From NCBI GenBank assembly GCA_014729775.1, contig WJJJ01000025.1:53790-117789 (forward strand): a stretch of DNA of 64,000 bases. The letters are read 5' to 3'. The notes under the pieces were generated by a model that searched no databases, had not been told where the DNA came from, and was given only the letters and a program-made list of their open reading frames with translations. Numbering within the stretch: the stretch's first letter is position 1; every line of letters begins with the position of its first letter. Below are positions 27,142-36,296 of this stretch, in pieces. This DNA is from Candidatus Omnitrophota bacterium (GTDB lineage Bacteria; Omnitrophota; Gorgyraeia; Duberdicusellales; 4484-171). The translations under genes and the position numbers were made by a program.

Positions 27142-28106
27142 TGAGAGTCTGGACACTCTTTCTTGCTCTGATCCTTCTGGTTCATGTCGCAGGAGCGCAA
27201 ACCCGGAGGTATTCCGCCGGATTATACAGAGATTATCTTCAGGGAGTGTATGCCGCCGCCCGCGGAGATTATGAAACTGCGGTGCGGAAGTTGGAAGACG
27301 CCAAACGTTTTGACCCCGACGCTCCTCACCTGCGGGTGCGGCTTGCCACGTATTACATTAAGCTGGGACAGCTTGCGAAGGCGGAGAATGAACTTCAAGA
27401 GGTAAAGAATCTGGATCCCCGCAACGTTGATGCCTCTCTTGCGTTGATTTTTCTTTATTCGTACGGGCAGAAGGAAGAAGCCCTCGTACAGGAGTATGAG
27501 GACTTTTTAACACGCGCGCTGAAAATATCCCCGAAGGATCAGGAGATTCTCCTCCATCTGGCGCAGTACTATTTCCAGCAGCAGCGATACGAGAAGGCCG
27601 AGGAAATATACCAGAGGATGGTGGATGAAAATCCCGAGTACGTCGAAGGGTTGTTCTGGCTGGGATATTTGAAAGAAGAACTTGGGAACAGAAAAAAAGC
27701 AATTCGGCTGTGGAGGAAAGTGCTTGAGGTGGATGCGGATCACGCCCCTACGCTGAATTCGCTCGCCTACATTTACGCCGAAGAGGGAATTCGTTTGGCT
27801 CAGGCTGAATCCATGCTGAAAAATGCGCTTGCACAGGAACCGGAAAACGGCGCATATTTGGACAGCTTAGGCTGGGTTTACTATAAACAGGGGGAATACG
27901 CGCGGGCCGAAGAGGTCCTGCGGCAAGCGATCGGCCTGGTGAAAGATCCGGTGATTTACGAACATCTGGGCGATGTCTACCGTAAACTCGATCAGCCTCA
28001 CAAGGCGGCGCATTTCTATCGCGAAGGTCTTACTCATTTTCCCGAAAATGAACGGTTGCAGAGAAAGGTGAATCAGTATGGAGAAAATACGGTTCCTCAA
28101 GAATAA
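27141..28106 (+). CDS. Exported tetratricopeptide repeat protein
   Basis: Signal peptide; TPRs; LNSLAY..AE, AYLDSLGWVYY, IYEHLGD. Confidence 0.9.
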   Translation: MRVWTLFLALILLVHVAGAQTRRYSAGLYRDYLQGVYAAARGDYETAVRKLEDAKRFDPDAPHLRVRLATYYIKLGQLAKAENELQEVKNLDPRNVDASLALIFLYSYGQKEEALVQEYEDFLTRALKISPKDQEILLHLAQYYFQQQRYEKAEEIYQRMVDENPEYVEGLFWLGYLKEELGNRKKAIRLWRKVLEVDADHAPTLNSLAYIYAEEGIRLAQAESMLKNALAQEPENGAYLDSLGWVYYKQGEYARAEEVLRQAIGLVKDPVIYEHLGDVYRKLDQPHKAAHFYREGLTHFPENERLQRKVNQYGENTVPQE

Positions 28107-28914
28107 CGCCAACCAGATGCGCAGGCTGATAGTGGAAATGCTCGCCAAAGCCGGGAGCGGCCATCCGGGCGGGTCCCTTTCCGCGACCGAAATCCTTGCC
28201 TGCCTTTTTTTTGAAGTTATGCGGCATGATCCGAAAAATCCCGGCTGGGAGGACCGCGACCGGTTTCATCTTTCAAAAGGGCACTGCTGCCCCGCTCTTT
28301 ACGCTGCGCTGGCGCTCAACGGGTATTTTCCCAAAGAAGAACTCATGCATCTTCGTTGTCTCGGTGCCAAACTGCAGGGACATCCCGACCGAAGAACTCC
28401 GGGAGTGTCGATGGCGAGCGGATCATTAGGAAAGGGGTTATCCGTGGCACTGGGTATGGCTCTTGCCGGAAAAATGGATAAAAAGGATTATCGAGTCTAC
28501 TGTGTGATGGGAGACGGGGAGATCCAGGAAGGGAATATATGGGAAGCCGCGATGGCCGCGGCGCATTTCAAGACGGATAATCTGTGCGGGATTCTGGACT
28601 ATAACCGGTTTCAGATTGACGGCCGTACCGAGGATATCATGAATCTCGAGCCGGTGGTCAACAAGTGGGAATCGTTCGGCTGGCATGTGATTGAATGTGA
28701 CGGGCACAATATCGAACTGCTAATCGAAGCTTTTCACCAGGCGAAAGGGATTCAGCAGAAGCCAACACTTATCGTGGCGCATACGGTCAAAGGGAAGGGG
28801 GTCTCATTCATGGAACACGTAGTGGATTTTCACGGGAGAGCCCCTACAACCAAAGAGCAGGAGATCGCATTCAAAGAACTTGAGGATATCGAGCGGGACG
28901 AGAGTCAGCTGTAA
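28078..28914 (+). CDS. Transketolase, N-terminal (TPP-binding) subunit
   Basis: GSGHPGGSLS, DRFHLSKGH, LQGHP, GDGEIQEG, TVKGKG. Confidence 0.95.
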   Translation: MEKIRFLKNNANQMRRLIVEMLAKAGSGHPGGSLSATEILACLFFEVMRHDPKNPGWEDRDRFHLSKGHCCPALYAALALNGYFPKEELMHLRCLGAKLQGHPDRRTPGVSMASGSLGKGLSVALGMALAGKMDKKDYRVYCVMGDGEIQEGNIWEAAMAAAHFKTDNLCGILDYNRFQIDGRTEDIMNLEPVVNKWESFGWHVIECDGHNIELLIEAFHQAKGIQQKPTLIVAHTVKGKGVSFMEHVVDFHGRAPTTKEQEIAFKELEDIERDESQL

Positions 28915-28927
28915 AGGGAGAGCATGC

Positions 28928-29869
28928 ATGGAAAAGTTGTACGCGCGTGATTTATATGGGCAGACGCTTCTTGAACTGGGGAAGAAAGATCCCCGGGTTG
29001 TCGTACTGGATGCGGATCTTTCCGGATCAACGCGAACCGCGATTTTTGGAAAGGAATTTCCCGAAAGATTTTTCAATGTAGGCGTCGCGGAACAAAATCT
29101 GATGGCCACCGCGGCCGGATTATCCAGCTGCGGCAAGATAGTGTTCGCCTCGACATTCGCGATGTTCGCCACTGCTCGGCCGCTGGATCAAATCAGAAAT
29201 ACCGTGTGCTACAACAACTGTAATGTCAAAATCGTGGCTACCCACGGAGGCATTACCGTAGGAGAGGACGGCGCTTCTCATCAGGCGATCGAAGATGTGG
29301 GATTTCTGCGTCCCATACCGAATATCAGAATTATCGTTCCCTGTGATGCCTGGGAAGCCAGAGCCGCCGTACTGGCCGCGTATGAAACAGAAGGCCCGTT
29401 CTACATCCGATTGGGCCGTTCGAAAGCACGAACGGTCACACAGAAGCCGCCTTTCGAGCTGGGGAAGGGACAGACGATCGAGGATGGCCGGGATGTAGCC
29501 CTTGTTGCTTGCGGCATCATGGTGAACGAGGCGCTTCAAGCCCGAGACGTGCTGAAAGAGCAGGGGATTTCTGCGGCAGTAATCAATATGCCGACGATTA
29601 AACCGGTCGATGAAGACTTGATCGTCCGGATGGCAGAGCGGTTCGGAAAGATCGTCGTATGTGAAGAACACCAGGTAATAGGAGGATTATATTCAGCGGT
29701 ATGCGAAGTGCTTGCCCGCACGCGGCCGGTCCGCGTAGCCGCGGTAGCCGTAGACAATAAATTCGGACAATCGGGAAATCCCGAGGAGTTAATGAAACAC
29801 TATGGTCTCACCCCTGGTGGAATCGCGGACAAAGCGGTCAACCTGTGCCGGCAGACGTCTGGTAATTAA
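28928..29869 (+). CDS. Transketolase, C-terminal subunit
   Basis: LDADLSGST, NVGVAEQN, GEDGASHQ, EEHQ..GGL. Confidence 0.95.
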   Translation: MEKLYARDLYGQTLLELGKKDPRVVVLDADLSGSTRTAIFGKEFPERFFNVGVAEQNLMATAAGLSSCGKIVFASTFAMFATARPLDQIRNTVCYNNCNVKIVATHGGITVGEDGASHQAIEDVGFLRPIPNIRIIVPCDAWEARAAVLAAYETEGPFYIRLGRSKARTVTQKPPFELGKGQTIEDGRDVALVACGIMVNEALQARDVLKEQGISAAVINMPTIKPVDEDLIVRMAERFGKIVVCEEHQVIGGLYSAVCEVLARTRPVRVAAVAVDNKFGQSGNPEELMKHYGLTPGGIADKAVNLCRQTSGN

Positions 29870-30704
29870 AAGTCCCGCGAAAATCAACCTCTATTTGAAT
29901 CTGCTGGGCCGGTATCCGGTTCCCACTCCTTCCGGAATCCAGTCATATCATGAAATTGAAAGTATCGTGGAGCGGATATCGCTCTGCGACCGTATTGTGA
30001 TCGCGGTGCGTGCCGACCGGAGGATCACATTCGTCAGCGATTGCAGTGACCTTCCCGCGCGTAAGAATACCTGCGTGCAGGCGGCGCGTTTAATGCAAAA
30101 AGAATACGGGATCAGCGCGGGTTTCGATATCTGCCTGAAAAAAAACATTCCTGTCGGCGCCGGTCTCGGAGGAGGGTCCTCGAACGCGGCCAGCGTGATT
30201 CTGGGGATTTGTTCTCTGCTCGGTCTGCAGCTTTCCCGCGACCGGCTGTTCCTTCTGGGCGAACAAATCGGGAGTGACGTGAATTTCTTTCTCGCGCAGA
30301 CACCGTTCGCGGTGATGCGGGGACGCGGAGAGAAGATTTCCCCTTTTCAGGGACATCGCTTTTTGCATACGGTGGTCTGGCCGGGAGTATACTGTTCCAC
30401 AAAAAAGGTGTACGCACGCGTCACGAGAAAATTGACAAAAATTTTTGATAATGTTAAGATATTGCGGTACGCGATAAAGAACGGAGATGTGCAGCTTTCT
30501 CAACGAACGGCGTTTAACGCATTGGAACAGCCGGCACTCGAGGCGTATCCCGGTCTGCGGCGGGCAAAATGTTGTTTGCATGGAATTGACCGATATGTGC
30601 GAATCAGCGGAAGCGGAAGCGCGCTGTATACCATGGGCGCGAAAAGGATATCTTCCTCCTTTCGATTACACAACTTTGCGGTGTATAGAGTACACACATT
30701 TTAA
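29802..30704 (+). CDS. ispE: 4-diphosphocytidyl-2-C-methyl-D-erythritol kinase
   Basis: SPAKINLYL, KNIPVGAGLGGGSSNAA, IGSDV, SGSGS; start uncertain. Confidence 0.93.
   Translation: MVSPLVESRTKRSTCAGRRLVIKSPAKINLYLNLLGRYPVPTPSGIQSYHEIESIVERISLCDRIVIAVRADRRITFVSDCSDLPARKNTCVQAARLMQKEYGISAGFDICLKKNIPVGAGLGGGSSNAASVILGICSLLGLQLSRDRLFLLGEQIGSDVNFFLAQTPFAVMRGRGEKISPFQGHRFLHTVVWPGVYCSTKKVYARVTRKLTKIFDNVKILRYAIKNGDVQLSQRTAFNALEQPALEAYPGLRRAKCCLHGIDRYVRISGSGSALYTMGAKRISSSFRLHNFAVYRVHTF
30432..30460 (+). promoter_or_regulatory. Sigma70 promoter internal to ispE
   Basis: TTGACA-17 nt-TAAGAT with TGn extension in a local AT-rich patch. Confidence 0.6.
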
Positions 30705-30839
30705 CGCATAGACGTTCGCGGAACAAAGCGCAGTATCACGAAGGTACATGCCGAAATCTCGTGACCGCAGGGGAAGGGGAAAATTTCCCGCGGCCGGGAC
30801 CACGCGCGCGAACACCACGGGAAAAGGAGGGGATGTCCT

Positions 30840-31268
30840 ATGGAAATCACTGAAGTACGTGTGTCGTTGATTGAACGTGACGGGAAGCGGCTGAAGGCTT
30901 ACGCGACAGTGACGTTCGATAATTCGTTTGTCGTCCGCAACATTAAGGTGGTGGAAGGGAATAACGGGTTGTTCGTGGCGATGCCCGCCCGAAAAATGAA
31001 ACAATTCTGTCCTCGTTGCGGGAAAAAAGTCGACGTGGGCAGTAAGTTCTGTAATCATTGCGCTCTTCAGCTTCCGCCGCCCTCCGGCGACCTCGCGACA
31101 AACCGTCAGGCGACCCATCAAGACTTGGCGCATCCAATCAACCAGCAGTTCCGCGATTACCTTCAAGGGAAAGTGTTGGAGGCGTTCACGCATGAACAGC
31201 AGGCGAAACGTGCTCCTGAAGATCCGGCGGTTTCCCCTGCCGTTGAAGAAGAATCCCGCAATCTCTAA
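30840..31268 (+). CDS. spoVG: SpoVG family nucleic-acid-binding protein with zinc-ribbon insertion
   Basis: MEITEVRV, LKAYATVTFDN.FVVR.IKVVEG..GLFVAMP, DLAHPIN; inserted CPRC..CNHC. Confidence 0.92.
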   Translation: MEITEVRVSLIERDGKRLKAYATVTFDNSFVVRNIKVVEGNNGLFVAMPARKMKQFCPRCGKKVDVGSKFCNHCALQLPPPSGDLATNRQATHQDLAHPINQQFRDYLQGKVLEAFTHEQQAKRAPEDPAVSPAVEEESRNL

Positions 31269-31309
31269 GACGGGTGTGCGGGACAGGAAATTTCCCGCAA
31301 CACCGCATT

Positions 31310-31381
31310 TGCCCGGTAGTGTAATTGGCAACACATCAGATTTTGGTTCTGACGTTCCTGGTTCGAGTCCAGGCCGGGCAG
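31310..31381 (+). tRNA. tRNA-Gln (TTG); CCA not encoded
   Basis: Acceptor TGCCCGG/CCGGGCA; anticodon arm TCAGA-TT TTG GT-TCTGA; T-arm CCTGG-TTCGAGT-CCAGG. Confidence 0.96.
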
Positions 31382-31527
31382 TATATGCATCCGGGGGGGC
31401 GGTGAACGAAGTGGCGAGAATGATCCCGGTAAATGCAAACGGCTGTGACCGGCACCCGCCGAATTTTCGCCCGGAGAGCGGATCGGTCTTGTAGGCAACC
31501 TGCCGCTTCGGGGCAAAAGAAACGCGT

Positions 31528-32340
31528 ATGTGTGATCAAAACCATAAACGGCAAAGTGTTTCTGCTGTCGTTCTTGCGGCAGGACAAGGTACCCGAATGC
31601 GGTCGGATCTCCCCAAGGTACTCCATCCGCTTGCGGGGGAGCCGATGATTCTGCATATTTTGAGGAAGCTGCGTTCAATTCCCCGCGTAAAGCAGATTCT
31701 GTTGGTAATCAAGCACCAGGCTTCTCTCGTTGCTGAGCGTGTCCGTGATTGTTTTCCGGAAGAGGAAAGAATTCAGTATGTGCTGCAGGGAGAGGAGAAC
31801 GGCACCGCGTCTGCGGTTGCCTCCGCGCTTGTCCGCGTGACCCAACCCCATGTGCTGATCCTGTGCGGGGACGCCCCTTTGATCCGAAAGTCGACGATCG
31901 ACGCGGTTCTCGATGAGTATTTCAAAGAGGATTCGGCCGGTCTGGTGGTGAGCGCGCTGCGGAACGAACCCAATGATCTGGGGCGAATATGCCGCGATTC
32001 CCGGGGAAACCTGACCGCTATTTGCGAAAAAGGAAGCGGCCCGGCGTACCGGCAGAGCTGCGAGGTGAACAGCGGAATGTACTGTTATCCCGTTTCCGTG
32101 CTCAGGGATACCATTCCCAAAATTGCTCCGAATACGAAAAAGAACGAATATTATCTTACCGATATGGTGCGAATTCTGGCCGGGAACGGCAAGCGTCTCA
32201 CCAGCTTTGTGGTTCCCGATTACCGGGAGATTTTAGGCGTGAACACGGTGGATGATCTGTACCAGGCCGAAAAAATAATCCTGAAATACGAAAACGGTAC
32301 TGCTTCCTTCCCGGGACCGGATCCGGAGCAATCCCCGTGA
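31528..32340 (+). CDS. glmU: GlmU-like uridyltransferase (N-terminal domain only)
   Basis: VLAAGQGTRMRS.LPKVLH, GTA.AV, GDAP, EVNSG.Y, EYYLTD, GVN; ends before the hexapeptide-repeat domain. Confidence 0.85.
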   Translation: MCDQNHKRQSVSAVVLAAGQGTRMRSDLPKVLHPLAGEPMILHILRKLRSIPRVKQILLVIKHQASLVAERVRDCFPEEERIQYVLQGEENGTASAVASALVRVTQPHVLILCGDAPLIRKSTIDAVLDEYFKEDSAGLVVSALRNEPNDLGRICRDSRGNLTAICEKGSGPAYRQSCEVNSGMYCYPVSVLRDTIPKIAPNTKKNEYYLTDMVRILAGNGKRLTSFVVPDYREILGVNTVDDLYQAEKIILKYENGTASFPGPDPEQSP

Positions 32341-32358
32341 TTTTCTTGAATTTAGCCC

Positions 32359-32387
32359 TTTACCTTTCCCGGAAACGGTGCTATAAT
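32359..32387 (+). promoter_or_regulatory. Sigma70 promoter for prs-rplY-pth
   Basis: TTTACC-17 nt-TATAAT with TGn extension. Confidence 0.65.
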
Positions 32388-32433
32388 TGCGAAATTGTCT
32401 GCGGGAGAATAGGATATATCCGGAACAGATGTC

Positions 32434-33381
32434 ATGGATAACCTGATCATTTTAAGCGGAAGCGCACATTCCAAATTGACAGACGGTATTTGCGGCCATC
32501 TGGGACTTGAACCGGCAGAAGCCCTTGTGTCACGGTTCAGCGACGGCGAGGTACGGGTGGCCGTGTACGAAAATGTGCGCGGGAAAGACGTGTTTGTGGT
32601 ACAGCCGACGTGTCCGCCCGTGAATGAAAATCTCATGGAATTGCTGATCATGCTTGACGCGCTGCGCCGTGCCTCAGCGAAACGGATTACGGCGGTGATT
32701 CCCTACTTCGGGTATGCCCGGCAGGACCGGAAAGATCAGCCCCGCGTGCCGATTACCGCTAAGCTTGCGGCGAATCTGCTTACTGGAGCCGGCGCAAACC
32801 GGGTGTTAACGCTCGATTTGCACGCGGGACAGGTACAGGGGTTCTTTGATATTCCGGTTGATCATCTTTACGGGGTAAACGTATTTTTCGATCATTTTAA
32901 AAATATGGATATGGACGGTCTGAATGTGGTGTCGCCCGATGTCGGCGGAATTAAAATGGCCCGTGCCTACGCTAAAAAGTTTCAGGCGGGATTAGCGATT
33001 GTGGATAAGCGCCGTAATACTCCGGAATCGACAGAGGTGATGCATATCCTGGGCGAAGTGAAGGGGAAAAACGTGATCCTTGTCGATGACATCATCGCCA
33101 CCGGAAGTTCTTTGGTCGAAGCCGCGCAGGCGCTCAAAGACGCGGGGGCGAAGAAAATATTCGCCGCGATCACTCACGGGATTTTGTCCTCTACGGCGGT
33201 GGAGAAGGTGGCAAACTCAAAGATAGACGAGTTAGTGATTACGGATTCCATTCCTTTGCCGGAAGGAAAACAGCATGAAAAGATCAAAGTGGTATCCGTA
33301 GGCCTGCTGTTCGCGGAGGCGATAAAAAGGATTCATTTCGAACAGTCGATAAGTGTGTTGTTTGACGGAATAGGGAGATAG
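32434..33381 (+). CDS. prs: Ribose-phosphate pyrophosphokinase
   Basis: FSDGE, PYFGYARQDRK, DLHAGQ, VSPDVGG, LVDDIIATG. Confidence 0.98.
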   Translation: MDNLIILSGSAHSKLTDGICGHLGLEPAEALVSRFSDGEVRVAVYENVRGKDVFVVQPTCPPVNENLMELLIMLDALRRASAKRITAVIPYFGYARQDRKDQPRVPITAKLAANLLTGAGANRVLTLDLHAGQVQGFFDIPVDHLYGVNVFFDHFKNMDMDGLNVVSPDVGGIKMARAYAKKFQAGLAIVDKRRNTPESTEVMHILGEVKGKNVILVDDIIATGSSLVEAAQALKDAGAKKIFAAITHGILSSTAVEKVANSKIDELVITDSIPLPEGKQHEKIKVVSVGLLFAEAIKRIHFEQSISVLFDGIGR

Positions 33382-33382
33382 T

Positions 33383-34108
33383 ATGGAAAGAATTCAGATC
33401 GAAACGCAAAAAAGAGTAAAGCTCGGGAAAGAGGCGAATAAAAAAATGAGGCGCGGCGGAGAAGTTCCTGCCGTCGTCTACGACAAGGAAATGAACGTTC
33501 CGATACGCATATCGCACGATGCGCTGATGAAACTGCGCGCGGTACATTTCGCCGAAAGCGTGATTGTCGACATGACGATCCAAAACGGAACATCCGGGAA
33601 AGATTCCGTGCCGGTGATCATCAAAGCGCTGCAGCATCATCCGTTGAGTGAGGAAATTATTCATATCGATTTTTTAAAAGTTTCTCTGACCGAAAAAATC
33701 CAGGTGCATGTGCCGGTTTCACTTAAAGGGGAGATCAAGGAAGTGAAAGAAGGAGAAGCGGTGCTGGAGCAGATGCTGCGAGAAGTGGAAATCGAATGTC
33801 TCCCGACGGATATCCCGGACAAAATACAGGTTGACGTGTCGGAATTGACCATAGGTCATTCCTTTCACGTTGCCGACATAAAAACCGCTCCCGAGATTAA
33901 GGTGGTGACCCCGGGTGAGGATACCATCGCGACAGTAGTGTATAAGGAAGAAGAGCCGATAGAAACTCCCGAAGCGGTTGAAGGCGAAGAGCCGGAAGTG
34001 ATCAAGGCAGAGGGAGCCGAAGAAGAAGGCGCTGAGGGCGAAGAAAAAGGCGAGGGCGGGGAAGAGACCGTCCAGAAGGAGCCGAAGGAAGAAAAGAAAA
34101 AAGAATAG
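33383..34108 (+). CDS. rplY: 50S ribosomal protein L25/Ctc
   Basis: VPAVVY, HIDF, ECLP.DIP; acidic tail; prs-rplY-pth synteny. Confidence 0.95.
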   Translation: MERIQIETQKRVKLGKEANKKMRRGGEVPAVVYDKEMNVPIRISHDALMKLRAVHFAESVIVDMTIQNGTSGKDSVPVIIKALQHHPLSEEIIHIDFLKVSLTEKIQVHVPVSLKGEIKEVKEGEAVLEQMLREVEIECLPTDIPDKIQVDVSELTIGHSFHVADIKTAPEIKVVTPGEDTIATVVYKEEEPIETPEAVEGEEPEVIKAEGAEEEGAEGEEKGEGGEETVQKEPKEEKKKE

Positions 34109-34130
34109 CCCGCGGTCGCAGGAATTCGCA

Positions 34131-34724
34131 TTGACAGAGAGAAAGGCAATTGTTGGTCTTGGGAATCCCGGGAGGAAATACCGGCACAACCGTCACAATA
34201 TCGGCTATATGGTTCTTGAAAACGTGGCGGATAAATGGAATGTAAGGTGGCGCGGCTCCCGTCGTACCAGGACTGACAGCGCGCGTTATGCGGGAAACGA
34301 AGGAGAAATTATTCTCGCCAAGCCGCGCACATTCATGAATTGTGCCGGGACGGCCGTCGCCGCGCTCGCAACGGAATATGGAATATCCCCGGACCGAATG
34401 CTCGTCGTGTATGACGAGATCGATTTAGCGTACGGGCGGCTCCGGTTTAAACCAGAAGGATCGAGCGGGGGACACAAAGGGATGCAGTCCGTGATTGAAT
34501 CGCTCCACACTGCCGAGATCCCGCGTTTGCGAATCGGGATCGGCCGGGGCGCGGAACTGTCCGTAAGTGAATATGTGCTTTCTGATTTTACGGCGGACGA
34601 GCGAAGCCGGCTCACACAAATCGTGACCCGCGCCGGCAGGGCGTGTATCGACTGGGCTGTGCGGGGCAACGAATTTGTAATGCAGGCGTATAACCGAAAA
34701 CACAAGACGGAAAACACACAATGA
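34131..34724 (+). CDS. pth: Peptidyl-tRNA hydrolase
   Basis: VGLGNPG..Y..NRHNIG, KPRTFMN, GSSGGHKG, RLRIGIG. Confidence 0.96.
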   Translation: MTERKAIVGLGNPGRKYRHNRHNIGYMVLENVADKWNVRWRGSRRTRTDSARYAGNEGEIILAKPRTFMNCAGTAVAALATEYGISPDRMLVVYDEIDLAYGRLRFKPEGSSGGHKGMQSVIESLHTAEIPRLRIGIGRGAELSVSEYVLSDFTADERSRLTQIVTRAGRACIDWAVRGNEFVMQAYNRKHKTENTQ

Positions 34725-34740
34725 GGGAAAAGGAGGAAGA

Positions 34741-35082
34741 GTGGAACGCGTATATGAAAGTATGATGATCCTGGTGCCGGATATCGACGAGGAGTCGCGT
34801 CAGGAAGCGTGCGACAAAATATCGAAAAAGATCGAACAGCTCGCGGGAAAAGTCATGAGCTCACGGGTGTGGGCGAAAGAACGAAATTTTAATTTCATTA
34901 TCCGCAGCCGCGCAGCCGGAAAGAAAAAATACGAGAGAGGGACCTATTGGCTGATTCTTTTTTCGCTGGATACCGCGGAATTGCCCGCATTGAAGGAAAC
35001 GATCCGGTTGGAGGAACGCATATTGCGTCATATCATCACCCGTAAGGAAAAGCACCAGCTTGCCGGGACCTCGGCGCAATGA
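34741..35082 (+). CDS. rpsF: 30S ribosomal protein S6
   Basis: YESMMIL.P, G.Y, ERILRH; GGAGG RBS; rpsF-ssb-rpsR order. Confidence 0.9.
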   Translation: MERVYESMMILVPDIDEESRQEACDKISKKIEQLAGKVMSSRVWAKERNFNFIIRSRAAGKKKYERGTYWLILFSLDTAELPALKETIRLEERILRHIITRKEKHQLAGTSAQ

Positions 35083-35099
35083 GATAACAAGGAGGAAGA

Positions 35100-35522
35100 A
35101 TGGTAAGTCTGAACAGAGTGTATTTGGTCGGAAATCTCACCCGGGACCCTGAATTGAGGTATACCCCGCAGGGGACAGCCGTGGGGACACTGAGGATCGC
35201 GGTCAATACGCCCTTTAAAGATAAATCAGGCCAAATGCAGCAGGATACCTGTTTTATTAACGTGGTCGTATGGTCGCAGATGGCCGAAGTGTGTAATCAA
35301 TATTTACAGAAAGGGCGTCAGGTGCTCGTAGAGGGGCGTCTGCAGTCCCGTTCCTGGCAGGATAATGAAGGAAAAAAGCGTACTACGATCGAAGTGCGGG
35401 CGTCGCGGGTCCAGTTCATGCCCCGGGGAGGTGCCCGCGAAGAAAGCCGGGAAGCGGATCTCGGTGACGGGCCTGAAGAAGTCGTGAATCTTGAGAATGA
35501 AGGAGCGCGGGACGCGATTTAA
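35100..35522 (+). CDS. ssb: Single-stranded DNA-binding protein
   Basis: LNRVYLVGNLTRDPELRYTP, VEGRLQSRSW. Confidence 0.97.
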   Translation: MVSLNRVYLVGNLTRDPELRYTPQGTAVGTLRIAVNTPFKDKSGQMQQDTCFINVVVWSQMAEVCNQYLQKGRQVLVEGRLQSRSWQDNEGKKRTTIEVRASRVQFMPRGGAREESREADLGDGPEEVVNLENEGARDAI

Positions 35523-35541
35523 GGTATGTGGAGGTAAATGA

Positions 35542-35772
35542 ATGGCGAGAAAAAAACCAAAAGTGGTGCGGTTCAAAAAGAGCTGTGTTTTCTGTAAAAA
35601 AGATTTGGATATTGATTATAAGAATCTGGAGCTTCTCGGAAGATACGTGTCTTCGAAAGGAAAAATCGCGTCACGGCGAATAACCGGAAATTGCGCTCGG
35701 CATCAGCGTAAACTCACCCGGGAGATCAAACGGGCCCGGTATTTAAGTCTGTTACGGTACGTAGCCCGCTGA
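35542..35772 (+). CDS. rpsR: 30S ribosomal protein S18 (Zn-binding type)
   Basis: [30 protein letters not shown]. Confidence 0.97.
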   Translation: MARKKPKVVRFKKSCVFCKKDLDIDYKNLELLGRYVSSKGKIASRRITGNCARHQRKLTREIKRARYLSLLRYVAR

Positions 35773-35816
35773 TTCCGTGTACAGTTGACAGTCACAGTAA
35801 TCCAAGGAGAACCTCA

Positions 35817-36260
35817 ATGAAAGTGATTCTGCTCAGACCGTTTCAAAAGTTGGGAGAAGAAGGGGAAGTGGTGGAAGTCAAAGGCGGATACGCCCGCAAT
35901 TACCTTATTCCCCGCGGCATCGTGATGCACGCGACGAAGGACAGCTATAAGAAGATAGAAGAACTGAAAGAACGCCGCCGTAAACAGGAGGCTCAGGAAC
36001 GGGGGCGCGCCGAAGAATTGAAGCAAAAATTAAAAGCCTTGTCGGTCACCATCGCGTGCGAGGTGAAAAACGAAGAAGAAATCTTCGGGTCGGTCGCGGA
36101 ACCTCAAATACGCCAGGCGCTCCAGGACGAAGAGATTGATCTCCAGGGAGCCAAAATAGAAATGGCCGAACCCATACGGAAGCTCGGGGCATACAACCTG
36201 ACCGTGCATCTTACTGCCGGTATCGACGCAGCAATCCGCGTCTGGGTTGTGAAGAAATAA
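35817..36260 (+). CDS. rplI: 50S ribosomal protein L9
   Basis: MKVIL, LG..G.VVEVK.GYARNYLIP, FGSV, PIRKLG. Confidence 0.97.
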   Translation: MKVILLRPFQKLGEEGEVVEVKGGYARNYLIPRGIVMHATKDSYKKIEELKERRRKQEAQERGRAEELKQKLKALSVTIACEVKNEEEIFGSVAEPQIRQALQDEEIDLQGAKIEMAEPIRKLGAYNLTVHLTAGIDAAIRVWVVKK

Positions 36261-36296
36261 AAACCGGATTTACGCAGAGTAGTTTCTGGAGCTCAT

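Noticed and set aside
28078-29869. Transketolase in two ORFs (possible frameshift or pseudogene)
   Set aside because: Split transketolases are common; both halves have their own start and intact motifs.
31273-31304. Hairpin GGTGTGCGGGA..TCCCGCAACACC between spoVG and tRNA-Gln as a terminator
   Set aside because: No proper U-tract and it lies immediately before the tRNA; function cannot be assigned.
31382-31527. tRNA 3' flank as an integration site or ncRNA
   Set aside because: No integrase or duplicated tRNA end seen; the GC-rich hairpins match no family I recognise; core synteny continues.
33940-34108. GAA/GAG-rich low-complexity tract
   Set aside because: Encodes the usual acidic tail of L25/Ctc; not a repeat element.
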